Assembly (NCBI GenBank): GCA_044339885.1
Contig: JBIIUP010000001.1
Coordinates: forward strand, 1-49,414
From: Pirellulales bacterium
Lineage (GTDB): Bacteria > Planctomycetota > Planctomycetia > Pirellulales > UBA1268
Reading direction: 5' to 3'
Length of the DNA: 49,414 bases
The notes beneath the pieces were generated by a model, which was not told the DNA's origin, did no database searches, and worked only from the letters and a program-made list of their open reading frames with translations. This document shows, one piece after another, positions 19,049 through 26,792 of the stretch (its first letter is position 1; the number at the start of each line of letters is the position of its first letter). A program made the translations under genes and the position numbers.

Positions 19049-19294
19049 TCATCGCGCGTCGCCGCGCGTCTCCCGTCGCGATCCGGGCCAGGCTCCGGTC
19101 ACCGTGTAAAGGACCGCCGCCAGCAGCGCCACGAGCATGTGCCTCACCCCCCACGCCGTCGCCCCGAACGCGAACTCCGCGACATGCAGGGCGAGCAGCC
19201 GGGGATGCAGCTTCCGCCGCACGCCCGCCGTGAACTCCCGCGCGGCCGGCACCTCGGGCACCGTCGCATCGCCGAGCCGCTCGAGCAGATCCAT
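19049..19294 (-). CDS. small hypothetical membrane protein (81 aa)
   Basis: MDLLERLGDATVPEVPAAREFTAGVRRKL... followed by one hydrophobic helix (MLVALLAAVLYTVTGAW). G/C third-position bias is consistent with coding. It lies just upstream of the channel-like gene. No recognisable family. Confidence 0.3.
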   Translation of the reverse strand: MDLLERLGDATVPEVPAAREFTAGVRRKLHPRLLALHVAEFAFGATAWGVRHMLVALLAAVLYTVTGAWPGSRRETRGDAR

Positions 19295-19429
19295 GCGTGT
19301 CCCGAATCGCGCCCCGCATCGCATCCGCCGGACCGCCGCGGCCGCCGTTCGGCCGCGGTCCCGTCCGACACAAGGTGAGTTGCCGCCGCCGCCCCCCGCG
19401 TCACACAAAATTTTTCGCCCCTGTTTTCC

Positions 19430-19810
19430 CCGGGCCCGACCCCACCGTGGCAGACCTTGCGGGCGGTGGGGCCGGGCCAGGGCCTACTTGCTGTCGCGCC
19501 GGCGAGGCCCTCCGGGCCCTCGGCGGCTTACGCGGTCGGAGGGAACGCCAAGGGTTCACTCGACCGCGGCCGAGCCATCCTGGCTCGGAATCGCGCCGGC
19601 GAGGCCCTCCGGGCCCGCATCACAACCGCTCACCTCCCGAGGGGTTGCCCGTGCCCTGGAGCCCGGCCTTGCTGGCCAGCGCAGCCAGGATGGCGAAGCG
19701 CAGCCAGCACGGAGTGAACGCAGGCCCGGAGGGCCGGAGTGAACGTCCGGGCGAGAGGGCACGGGCAACCCCGCCCCCCCAAGAGCCGACTTCGAGTGCC
19801 CGCAGTCCCG
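19430..19810. repeat. composite palindromic intergenic repeat, locus A (two modules in inverted orientation)
   Basis: 17-nt perfect inverted arms: GGGGTTGCCCGTGCCCT (19641-19657) and AGGGCACGGGCAACCCC (19756-19772). 26-nt perfect direct repeat TCGCGCCGGCGAGGCCCTCCGGGCCC at 19494-19519 and 19591-19616. The module recurs at 47960-48118 and, degenerate, at 34110-34334. Confidence 0.8.
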
Positions 19811-19895
19811 ACCACTGATCCACCAACGGGTGGACCGGTCGGCTGCAGCAAACGTCCAGTCATACCCCGAGCCCACGAGCAAGCCGGCGTCGCCG

Positions 19896-20486
19896 CTAGC
19901 GTTCGCCCCGGGCGGCCAGCCGTTCGCGGATGCGGCTGACCCGCATCCGCAGCGCGCCGGCCGTCGTCCCGAACATCTCGGCCAGCTCGTCGTAGTCGTG
20001 CCCCTCGGCGAACTTCATGAGAACCAGTGCCCGATCCTCCTCGTCGAGGTCGTCGAGCAATCGCGCCACGTCGTGGGCCGCGTCGACCGTGTGCGCGACG
20101 GCAGGCCGCGTGTCGGCATGCGCCTGCACCAGGGCCGCCTCGTCGCCGACCGCGGACTCGGGCGACTCCCGACGACGGCGGCGGGACCGCGATCGCCGCA
20201 ACGTCAGGCAGGTGCGGATGGCGACGCCGTGGACCCAGGTCGAGTAGCGGCTGCGGCCGGCGAACTTTCCCCGCTCGAAGAACAGGCGGACGAACACCTC
20301 CTGCGCCGCGTCCTCGGCGTCCTGCTGGCTGTTCATGAGCCGCCAGCAGACCCGCCAGACCCGCTCGCGGAACCGATCGACGAGCGCCGTGAAGGCGACG
20401 CCGTCGGAGCCTTCACGGGCCGCCTGCGCGGCGAGTTCCTCGTCGGTGAGGGCCGTCCCGCCGTCGTGTCCGTCGCGGCTGTCCAC
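19896..20486 (-). CDS. ECF-type RNA polymerase sigma factor (sigma-70 family)
   Basis: Region 2 (FTALVDRFRERVWRVCWRLMNSQQDAEDAAQEVFVRLF...YSTWVHGVAIRTCL) and region 4 (DEEDRALVLMKFAEGHDYDELAEMFGTTAGALRMRVSRIRERL). There is no in-frame ATG before region 2, so I propose the GTG at 20486. The remaining upstream part of the 356-aa ORF is R/G-rich and non-coding-like. Confidence 0.85.
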   Translation of the reverse strand: MDSRDGHDGGTALTDEELAAQAAREGSDGVAFTALVDRFRERVWRVCWRLMNSQQDAEDAAQEVFVRLFFERGKFAGRSRYSTWVHGVAIRTCLTLRRSRSRRRRRESPESAVGDEAALVQAHADTRPAVAHTVDAAHDVARLLDDLDEEDRALVLMKFAEGHDYDELAEMFGTTAGALRMRVSRIRERLAARGER

Positions 20487-20666
20487 CGGGTGCCGATCTC
20501 CCTCGCGCCATGGGCCGACCGACGAGTTGGACCACGATACCCTGCCCGGTCGGGAGCCGGGGCCGGCGGCGGTGACGGCCCCGGGAAACCGCCTTGACCC
20601 CCCGCCCGCCTGTTTTCTACGGTCCCCCTCGCCGGCGGAGTCGCCGGGAGCCTCGAGGAGCCCTCC

Positions 20667-21476
20667 ATGACCGCCCCGCTCGACCCCGCGCTCACCAGGC
20701 AGATGCTCGACCACATGGTCGCCACCGTCGAGGCCACCCCGTTCCGCGACGACCCGTTCCCGCACTTCCAGGCCCGCGGCTTTGTGCCCGACGACGTCTA
20801 TCGCAGGCTGCTGGAACTCCTGCCGACCGACGCCAGCTACGAGCCGTTCGGCTATGAGCGACACCAGACCGCCGGCGTCTCCAACCGCCACCGCTTCCGG
20901 CTGCTGGCGGCGTCCCTCGACCGGCTCGACGCGGAGCGGCGGACGTTCTGGTATTCGCTCCGGCACGCCTTCGGCAGCCGCGAGCTGAAGCAGGCGGTGT
21001 ATCGCAAGCTAGCGCCGGGGCTCTCCCTGCGATTCGGCGTAGCGGAGTCGCGGGTCGACGAGGTCGCCGGCTTCGCCTGCCCGGAGCTGTTCCGCGAGAC
21101 CGACGGCTACTCGATCACGCCCCACCCCGATACGCGGAAGAAGTTGGTGACGATGCAGTTCGCGCTCGCCGCGGACGACTCGCAGGAGGCCCTCGGCACG
21201 GAGTTCTACCGCCGCAGCCTCAACCCGCTCGCCTGGCTCCGTGAGCCGCGCGGGTTCGACACCGTGAAGCGGATGCCGTTCGTGGCCAACGCCGTTTACG
21301 CGTTCGCCGTGCTCAACACGCTCACGCTCAAGAGCTGGCACGGCAGGACCACGATCCAGGGCCACCAGGGAACCCGCAACTCCCTGCTCAACATCTGGTA
21401 CGGCGCCGCGGAGCACGCCAACGTCGAGCTCGCCGAGGAGTGCGGCCTGGCCCCGCGGCAGGCCCGGGCTGCGTAG
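20667..21476 (+). CDS. putative 2OG-Fe(II) oxygenase superfamily protein
   Basis: HxD facial-triad-like motif followed by a T-x-x-F-x-L strand (ITPHPDTRKKLVTMQFAL), a distal His (KSWHG) and an RxS-like 2OG-binding motif (GTRNSLLNIWY). The layout resembles prolyl-hydroxylase-like enzymes. Recognised by eye only. Confidence 0.5.
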   Translation: MTAPLDPALTRQMLDHMVATVEATPFRDDPFPHFQARGFVPDDVYRRLLELLPTDASYEPFGYERHQTAGVSNRHRFRLLAASLDRLDAERRTFWYSLRHAFGSRELKQAVYRKLAPGLSLRFGVAESRVDEVAGFACPELFRETDGYSITPHPDTRKKLVTMQFALAADDSQEALGTEFYRRSLNPLAWLREPRGFDTVKRMPFVANAVYAFAVLNTLTLKSWHGRTTIQGHQGTRNSLLNIWYGAAEHANVELAEECGLAPRQARAA

Positions 21477-21479
21477 GCG

Positions 21480-22865
21480 TCAGGCGAGCGCGGTGGCCGC
21501 GCGGGCGATCGCCTCGTCGACGGCCGCGGCATCGGCGGCCTCGGCGATGATCCGCACGATCGGCTCGGTGTTGCTGCCGCGGACCAGCAGCCAGCCCCCG
21601 TCCCAGTCGAGCCGCAGGCCGTCGAGGCGATCCGCACGGGCCCCCGGAAACGCTGCCGCGACCCGCTCCAGCGCCGCGGTCAGGGCCGGGCCGCGGGTCT
21701 CCGCCGAGAGGGCGACCTTCGCCTTCCGCATCACCATCCGCGGCAGCCGCCCGGCAAGGTCGGCCACGCGCTGGAGCGTCCCCCCGGCGCACATCCTGTC
21801 GAGGACGAGGGCCATCGCCACGAAACTGTCCCGCACGAGCACGACGCGGGGATCGATCACGCCGCCGTTGCCCTCGCCGCCGATGACGGCGCTCGCCGCC
21901 AGCATCGCGTCGACGACGTTGGCCTCGCCGACCGCGGCGACGTGGCAGGGCACGCCGTGCCGCGCCGCGATCGCGGCGGTCATGCCGCTCGTCGCGCAGT
22001 TCACCACGACCGGTCCCCTGGTCCCGGCGAGCACGCCCTCGACGGCCAGGGCGAGCGTCGCCTCCTCGCCGATGTAGGCCCCGTCGGCCGTCGCGATCGC
22101 CAGCCGGTCGGCGTCGGGATCCTGGAAGAATCCGACGTCCGCCCCGCTCGCCGTGATCCGCGGCAGCATGCCGGCGAGGTTCTCGGCCGTGGGCTCGGGG
22201 TCGTGCTCGAACAGCCCGTCGGGCGTGCCCCCCTCGATGACGAAATCGCAGCCCAGGGTCTCGAACAGCAGGCGGGCGACGCGGCTACCCGCGCCATGGC
22301 CGCTGTCGAGCCAGACCCGCGGCCGGTGCCGCCGGATCGCATCGACGTCGACCGTGGCGGCGACGAGCCGCACATGCTCGGGCCCGACGTCGAAGCCGCG
22401 GACCGTCCCGCGGGGCGTGCCGGAAGGCGGCGCCGCGTGGGCCCCGGACTCGAAGCGGGCGAGCACCCCGCGGCCGGCGGCCGCCGTGAGCACCCGCCCT
22501 TCCGCCGCGAAGAGCTTCATGCCGTTGTAGCGGGCGGGATTGTGGCTCGCCGAGATCTGGATGCCGCCGGCCGCCCCGAGGGCACGGATCGCGATCCCGA
22601 TCGACGGCGTGGCGGCCGGACCGCAGTCGATCACGTCCCGGCCGGCCGCCGCGAGGTGGTCCGCGACCGCGGCGGCGAAGGCGGCGCCGCTCTCGCGGCC
22701 GTCGCGACCGATCACGACGGCGCCCGCGGGCAGCGTCTCCGCGAAGGCCGCCGCGTAGCGGACGGCCACCTCGGGGGTGAGCGTTCGCCCCACGATCCCG
22801 CGGAGCCCGGACACGCTGACGATCAGCGGCTCGGCGGAGGGCGCGGTGGAGGCGGTGTCGCTCAT
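21480..22865 (-). CDS. alpha-D-phosphohexomutase family protein (phosphomannomutase / phosphoglucosamine mutase-like)
   Basis: Active-site ISASHNPARYNGMKLF, Mg-binding FQDPDADRL, sugar loop GGEGNGG, phosphate loop RGSNTEPIVRI. ORF trimmed to ATG 22865 (MSDTASTAPSAEPLIVSVSGLRG). Confidence 0.9.
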   Translation of the reverse strand: MSDTASTAPSAEPLIVSVSGLRGIVGRTLTPEVAVRYAAAFAETLPAGAVVIGRDGRESGAAFAAAVADHLAAAGRDVIDCGPAATPSIGIAIRALGAAGGIQISASHNPARYNGMKLFAAEGRVLTAAAGRGVLARFESGAHAAPPSGTPRGTVRGFDVGPEHVRLVAATVDVDAIRRHRPRVWLDSGHGAGSRVARLLFETLGCDFVIEGGTPDGLFEHDPEPTAENLAGMLPRITASGADVGFFQDPDADRLAIATADGAYIGEEATLALAVEGVLAGTRGPVVVNCATSGMTAAIAARHGVPCHVAAVGEANVVDAMLAASAVIGGEGNGGVIDPRVVLVRDSFVAMALVLDRMCAGGTLQRVADLAGRLPRMVMRKAKVALSAETRGPALTAALERVAAAFPGARADRLDGLRLDWDGGWLLVRGSNTEPIVRIIAEAADAAAVDEAIARAATALA

Positions 22866-22926
22866 GGCAGCCGCGAGTATAAAAGTCCGGCCCGGGTTCG
22901 ACAGGCCCGGCAGAGGAGGATTTACC

Positions 22927-24798
22927 ATGCCCGCGGCTCCCACCGATCCCGTCCAGGCCCGTCGCCTCGAGGCGATCGCCGCTGCCCGATCCTCGGCCGC
23001 CATCACGGCGCACTCCGCCGAGGCGATGGGCAACTGGCTCACGCAGCCGCGGTACGCCGAGTTCGCCGCCGAGCTCGGCGACCGCATCGACCGCGGGCTC
23101 TGGAAGGAGCTCGACGACGCCTTCTGGACCGTGATTCCCTTCGGCACCGGAGGCCGCCGCGGCGTCATGTATCCCGTGGGCTGCAACGCCATCAACGACC
23201 GCACGATCGGCGAGAGCGCCCAGGGCCTCGCCGACTACGTGCGGGGCGTGCTGCCGGCCGGGACGACCCCCTCCTGCGCGATCGCCTACGACACCCGGCA
23301 CCGCTCCGAGCACTTCGCCCGGCTGTGCACCGAGGTGCTCCTGGCCGCCGGCTTCCGGGTGAACTTCCTGCGCGGCCACCGCAGCACGCCCGAGCTCTCG
23401 TTCGCCGTCCGGCACACCCGCAGCAGCTGCGGCATCATGGTGACGGCGAGCCACAACCCGCCCACCGACAACGCCGTGAAGGTCTACTGGGCCGGGGGCA
23501 TCCAGGTCTCGCCGCCGCACGACAAGGGGATCATCGACCACGTCATGCGGATGGAGACGGTGCGGCGCGAGCCCTTCGACGCCGGCGTGGCAGCCGGCCG
23601 CGTGCGGTTCGTCGAGGAGGAGGTCGACCGGGCCTTCGTGGCCGCCGTGCTCGAGCAGTCGACGCCGGGCCCGCGGGACATCTCGATCCTCTACACGCCG
23701 CTGCACGGCGTGGGGGCGACCGCGATCGTGCCCGTGCTCGATGGGGCGGGCTTCCGGCGGCTGCGGCTCTACGGGCCGCACGAAAAGCCCGACGGCGATT
23801 TTCCCAACGTCCCGGGGCACGTGGCGAACCCGGAGAATCCGGCCGTCCTCACCGGCCCGATCGAGGAGGCCCGTGGCCGCGGCGACGACCTCGTGATCGC
23901 CAGCGACCCGGACTGCGACCGGCTCGGCGCCGCCGCGCCGCTCACGGCCGACCCGCGCGGAGAGTGGCGGACGTTCACCGGCAACCAGCTCTGCGGCCTG
24001 CTCTGCGGGCAGGCGATCGCCGGCCGCCGGGCCCGGGGCCTGGCGCGGCCGGGCGACTACGTCGTCACCACGCTGGTGACCACCGGGCTCGTCCGCCGCC
24101 TGGCCGAGGCCCACGGCCTGGAGGTCGACGACGCGGAGCTCGTCGGCTTCAAGTGGATCTGCGCGGCCGTGGACCGGCTCGGCCCCGAGCGGTTCGTGTT
24201 CGGCGCCGAGGAGTCGCACGGCTTCGTGGCGGGCACGCACGTGCGGGACAAGGACGCCAGCGTGGCCGCCCTGCTCCTGGCCGAGCTGGCCGCCGCGCTC
24301 AAGGCCCGCGGCCGCACGCTCCACGAGGAGCTCGACGATCTCTACCTCCGGCATGGCTGCCACCAGGAGCGGCAGATCAACGTCATGCTTCCGGGGGCAT
24401 CCGGCATGGATCGCATGCGGGAGATCATGGCCGCGATCCGCTCCCGTCCGCCGGCCTCGTTCGCGGGCCTGCCGGTGGTCCGCACCCGCGACCAGGCCAC
24501 CCTCACCACCTGGACCCCGGGAGCGGCCCCGACGTCGTACCCGGGCGTGAAGAGCGACCTGGTGCTCTTCGACCTCGGCGGGCTGGACGGCGCCGGGACG
24601 CTGCTGCCTGACGGCCGCTTCCCGGCGCTGAGCAACGCCGTGGCGGCCCGCCCCTCGGGCACCGAGCCGAAGATCAAGTTCTACCTGTTCGCGGTCTCGC
24701 CCCCCGGCCCGGCAGCCGACCTCGCGGAGACCAAGCGGGCGCTGCAGGCGCGGCTGGACGCGATGGAGCGGGAACTGCGTGCCCTGGTGGGCGCGTGA
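22927..24798 (+). CDS. pgm: phosphoglucomutase-type alpha-D-phosphohexomutase (long form)
   Basis: FGTGGRRG, MVTASHNPPTDNAVKVY, ASDPDCDRLG, FGAEESHGF, RPSGTEPKIKFY. ORF trimmed to ATG 22927, preceded by GGAGGA. Confidence 0.9.
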   Translation: MPAAPTDPVQARRLEAIAAARSSAAITAHSAEAMGNWLTQPRYAEFAAELGDRIDRGLWKELDDAFWTVIPFGTGGRRGVMYPVGCNAINDRTIGESAQGLADYVRGVLPAGTTPSCAIAYDTRHRSEHFARLCTEVLLAAGFRVNFLRGHRSTPELSFAVRHTRSSCGIMVTASHNPPTDNAVKVYWAGGIQVSPPHDKGIIDHVMRMETVRREPFDAGVAAGRVRFVEEEVDRAFVAAVLEQSTPGPRDISILYTPLHGVGATAIVPVLDGAGFRRLRLYGPHEKPDGDFPNVPGHVANPENPAVLTGPIEEARGRGDDLVIASDPDCDRLGAAAPLTADPRGEWRTFTGNQLCGLLCGQAIAGRRARGLARPGDYVVTTLVTTGLVRRLAEAHGLEVDDAELVGFKWICAAVDRLGPERFVFGAEESHGFVAGTHVRDKDASVAALLLAELAAALKARGRTLHEELDDLYLRHGCHQERQINVMLPGASGMDRMREIMAAIRSRPPASFAGLPVVRTRDQATLTTWTPGAAPTSYPGVKSDLVLFDLGGLDGAGTLLPDGRFPALSNAVAARPSGTEPKIKFYLFAVSPPGPAADLAETKRALQARLDAMERELRALVGA

Positions 24799-24820
24799 GC
24801 CGCCCGGCCGTCCGCTGCGG

Positions 24821-24850
24821 TTGACGCCGCACCGGCTGCCCGCCTAGTGT
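24821..24850 (+). promoter_or_regulatory. candidate sigma-70-type promoter for the GT39 gene
   Basis: TTGACG (24821-24826), 18-nt spacer, TAGTGT (24845-24850), about 35 nt upstream of ATG 24885. Pattern match only. Confidence 0.25.
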
Positions 24851-24884
24851 CCCGCCACCCGTCCCCGGCGGGCAGAAAGGCTCC

Positions 24885-26597
24885 ATGTCCGCGTCCCCCG
24901 CCGCTTCCCACGATCCCGACGCCCGGTGGCTGAAGCCCGGTGTCGTCGCCGCCGTGGCGTGTCTCATGAACGGCCTCGTCCTCCTCCTGGACGTGCCGCT
25001 GGTCGATCCTTCCGAGGGTCTCCACGCCACGATCGCCCAGGAGATGGTGGAGCGGGGCGACTGGATCACGCCCCGGCTGTTCGGCGAGCCATTTCGCGAC
25101 AAGCCGATCCTCTACTTCTGGGCGGAGGCCCTGGCGCTCGCCACGTTCGGCATGCGCGTGGCCGCGTTCCGCCTGCCCGGCGTCCTGCTGGCGATCCTGG
25201 GGGCGGCGGCCACCGGACTGCTCGCCAGACGGTTGTTCGACGCGCGGACCGGCCTCATCGCCGCGGGCTTCTATGCCACCATGCTCCTGCCGACGGCGCT
25301 CGCCCAGGCACCCGTTCACGACGTGGCGCTGGTTCCGCTGGTGACGCTGGCGATCCTCGGCTTCTGGGACGCCGACCACGCCGGGGCGTGGCGCCGGAGG
25401 CTGGCCATCGGCTGCGGTGTCGGCCTGCTGCTCGGCCTGATCGCGCTGGTGAAGGGGCTGCCGGGCGTGGCCGTGGTGGGGGTCGCCTACGGCCTGTTCG
25501 TCGTGGCCGCCCGGGGCCCCGCGCTCATGCGGCTCTGTCTCGGCCGCCCCACGGCGGCCGACCGCGGCCTCCCGCCGCTGGCGCCGCTCGTCGCGGTGGG
25601 CGTGCTCTCGCTGGTCGTCGGTGGACTGGTGGCCGCGCCGTGGTACCTCGTTCAGGAGGCCCGTGATCCCGGCTACCTGCGGTACTTCTTCGTCGCCCGG
25701 CACGTCGGCGGCTTCACGACGGGGGGCCAGTCCCACGACGGCCGTCCCTGGTGGTACTACCTGCCGATGCTCCTCGTCGGCGGCATGCCGGCGGTCGCCT
25801 ACCTGCCGGCGGCGGCCATCGAGGCCCGCAGCCGCGGCGGCTTCGACCGCCGGATCCTCCTGCTCTTCTCGTGGCTCGTCGGCGGCACGCTCTTCTTCTC
25901 GGCGGCCAACTCCAAGCTGGTCACCTACGTCTGGCCGCTCTTTCCCCCGATCGCGGTGCTGGCCGCCGTGGTCTGGGGACGCTTGATCGCCGGCACCGCC
26001 GCGGCGGCGGCCCGCAGCTGGTCGGGCTGGGCCATCCACGCGGCGTGCCTCGCCGGCCTGCCCGCGTTGCCGGTGGCCGCCATCGCCCTCCGCCGGTTCG
26101 CGGGCGTCGAGGTGCCGGGCGTCGCCTGGGCGGCCATCCTGCCCGCGGCGGCGGTGTCCCTCGTGCCGCTGGCCCTGTGGCGCCGCGGACGTCCGGCCGC
26201 GGGCGTCGTCGCCGGCGGGCTGGCGGTGGCGGCCCAGTTCGTGGTGCTCATGACCTGCCTCGTCGCACCGTGGTTGCGGGCGATCTCCCCCCGTGACCTG
26301 GCGGCCGCGTTCAACGCCCGCGGCAGCCTGCCGCCGCGGCTGGTGTTCGTCGCAGAGCGGCCCTATTCCTTCTTCTTCCACCTCGCTCCCGCCCTGCGGC
26401 GCGGATTCACGCCGGAGCGGCTCGTGACCTGCTCTCCCGACGAGGCACGGCGGTTCCACGACCCGCGGCCGGGTGACGTCTTCGTCTACCCCCGCTCCCT
26501 CGCGCCGGCCGCGGAACCCGCGGAGAAGATCGGCCGGTGGTGGCTCTACGCCCCGAAGGCGGTCACGACCGGCCCTGCGGCCGCCGCGCTCCCCTGA
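24885..26597 (+). CDS. ArnT/PMT-like glycosyltransferase (GT39/GT83 family), polytopic membrane protein
   Basis: N-terminal signature DPSEGLHATIAQEMVERGDWITPRLFGEPFRDKPILYFW ... LPGVLLAILGAAATGLLARRLF, and at least 10 hydrophobic helices. Confidence 0.85.
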   Translation: MSASPAASHDPDARWLKPGVVAAVACLMNGLVLLLDVPLVDPSEGLHATIAQEMVERGDWITPRLFGEPFRDKPILYFWAEALALATFGMRVAAFRLPGVLLAILGAAATGLLARRLFDARTGLIAAGFYATMLLPTALAQAPVHDVALVPLVTLAILGFWDADHAGAWRRRLAIGCGVGLLLGLIALVKGLPGVAVVGVAYGLFVVAARGPALMRLCLGRPTAADRGLPPLAPLVAVGVLSLVVGGLVAAPWYLVQEARDPGYLRYFFVARHVGGFTTGGQSHDGRPWWYYLPMLLVGGMPAVAYLPAAAIEARSRGGFDRRILLLFSWLVGGTLFFSAANSKLVTYVWPLFPPIAVLAAVVWGRLIAGTAAAAARSWSGWAIHAACLAGLPALPVAAIALRRFAGVEVPGVAWAAILPAAAVSLVPLALWRRGRPAAGVVAGGLAVAAQFVVLMTCLVAPWLRAISPRDLAAAFNARGSLPPRLVFVAERPYSFFFHLAPALRRGFTPERLVTCSPDEARRFHDPRPGDVFVYPRSLAPAAEPAEKIGRWWLYAPKAVTTGPAAAALP

Positions 26598-26792
26598 CCG
26601 GCCGCTCGCCACCGCCATGGCTGGAGCACATTCGATGAATGTGGAGTTCCGGCTCGGGGGCGGCAAAAGTCTCGTCGCTGTGGGCCGCGACGGCCCAAGG
26701 CTCCTCGAGCGTTCGCCGACCCCCTCCGCCTCGTCGCCTGATTTGCAAATGCGTTGCTCCACGCATCCCGAAGTCGCTCTAGAATCGAAGTT

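Noticed and set aside
19049-19294. Annotating the 81-aa ORF as the anti-sigma factor of the neighbouring ECF sigma
   Set aside because: There is no HxxxCxxC zinc motif or other anti-sigma signature. It is separated from the sigma gene by about 600 nt of repeats, and it could equally belong with the downstream channel-like gene.
19738-19772. GTCCGGGCGAGAGGG resembling the GUCCGGGC segment of RNase P RNA
   Set aside because: The other universally conserved RNase P blocks are absent. The sequence is present in at least three copies, which is incompatible with a single-copy ribozyme gene.
19556-19882. Small ORFs inside the repeat loci (19630..19863 and parts of 47301..48191 and 33977..34795) that share peptides such as GCPCPLARTFTPALRAC
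   Set aside because: The shared peptides are a trivial consequence of the nucleotide repeat. The ORFs begin with codons lacking the host's G/C third-position bias and differ in frame and extent between loci.
19896-20966. 356-aa version of the sigma-factor ORF
   Set aside because: The N-terminal 160 aa are R/G/E-rich with no sigma region 1 features and overlap the divergent promoter region. Sigma region 2 begins shortly after the GTG at 20486.
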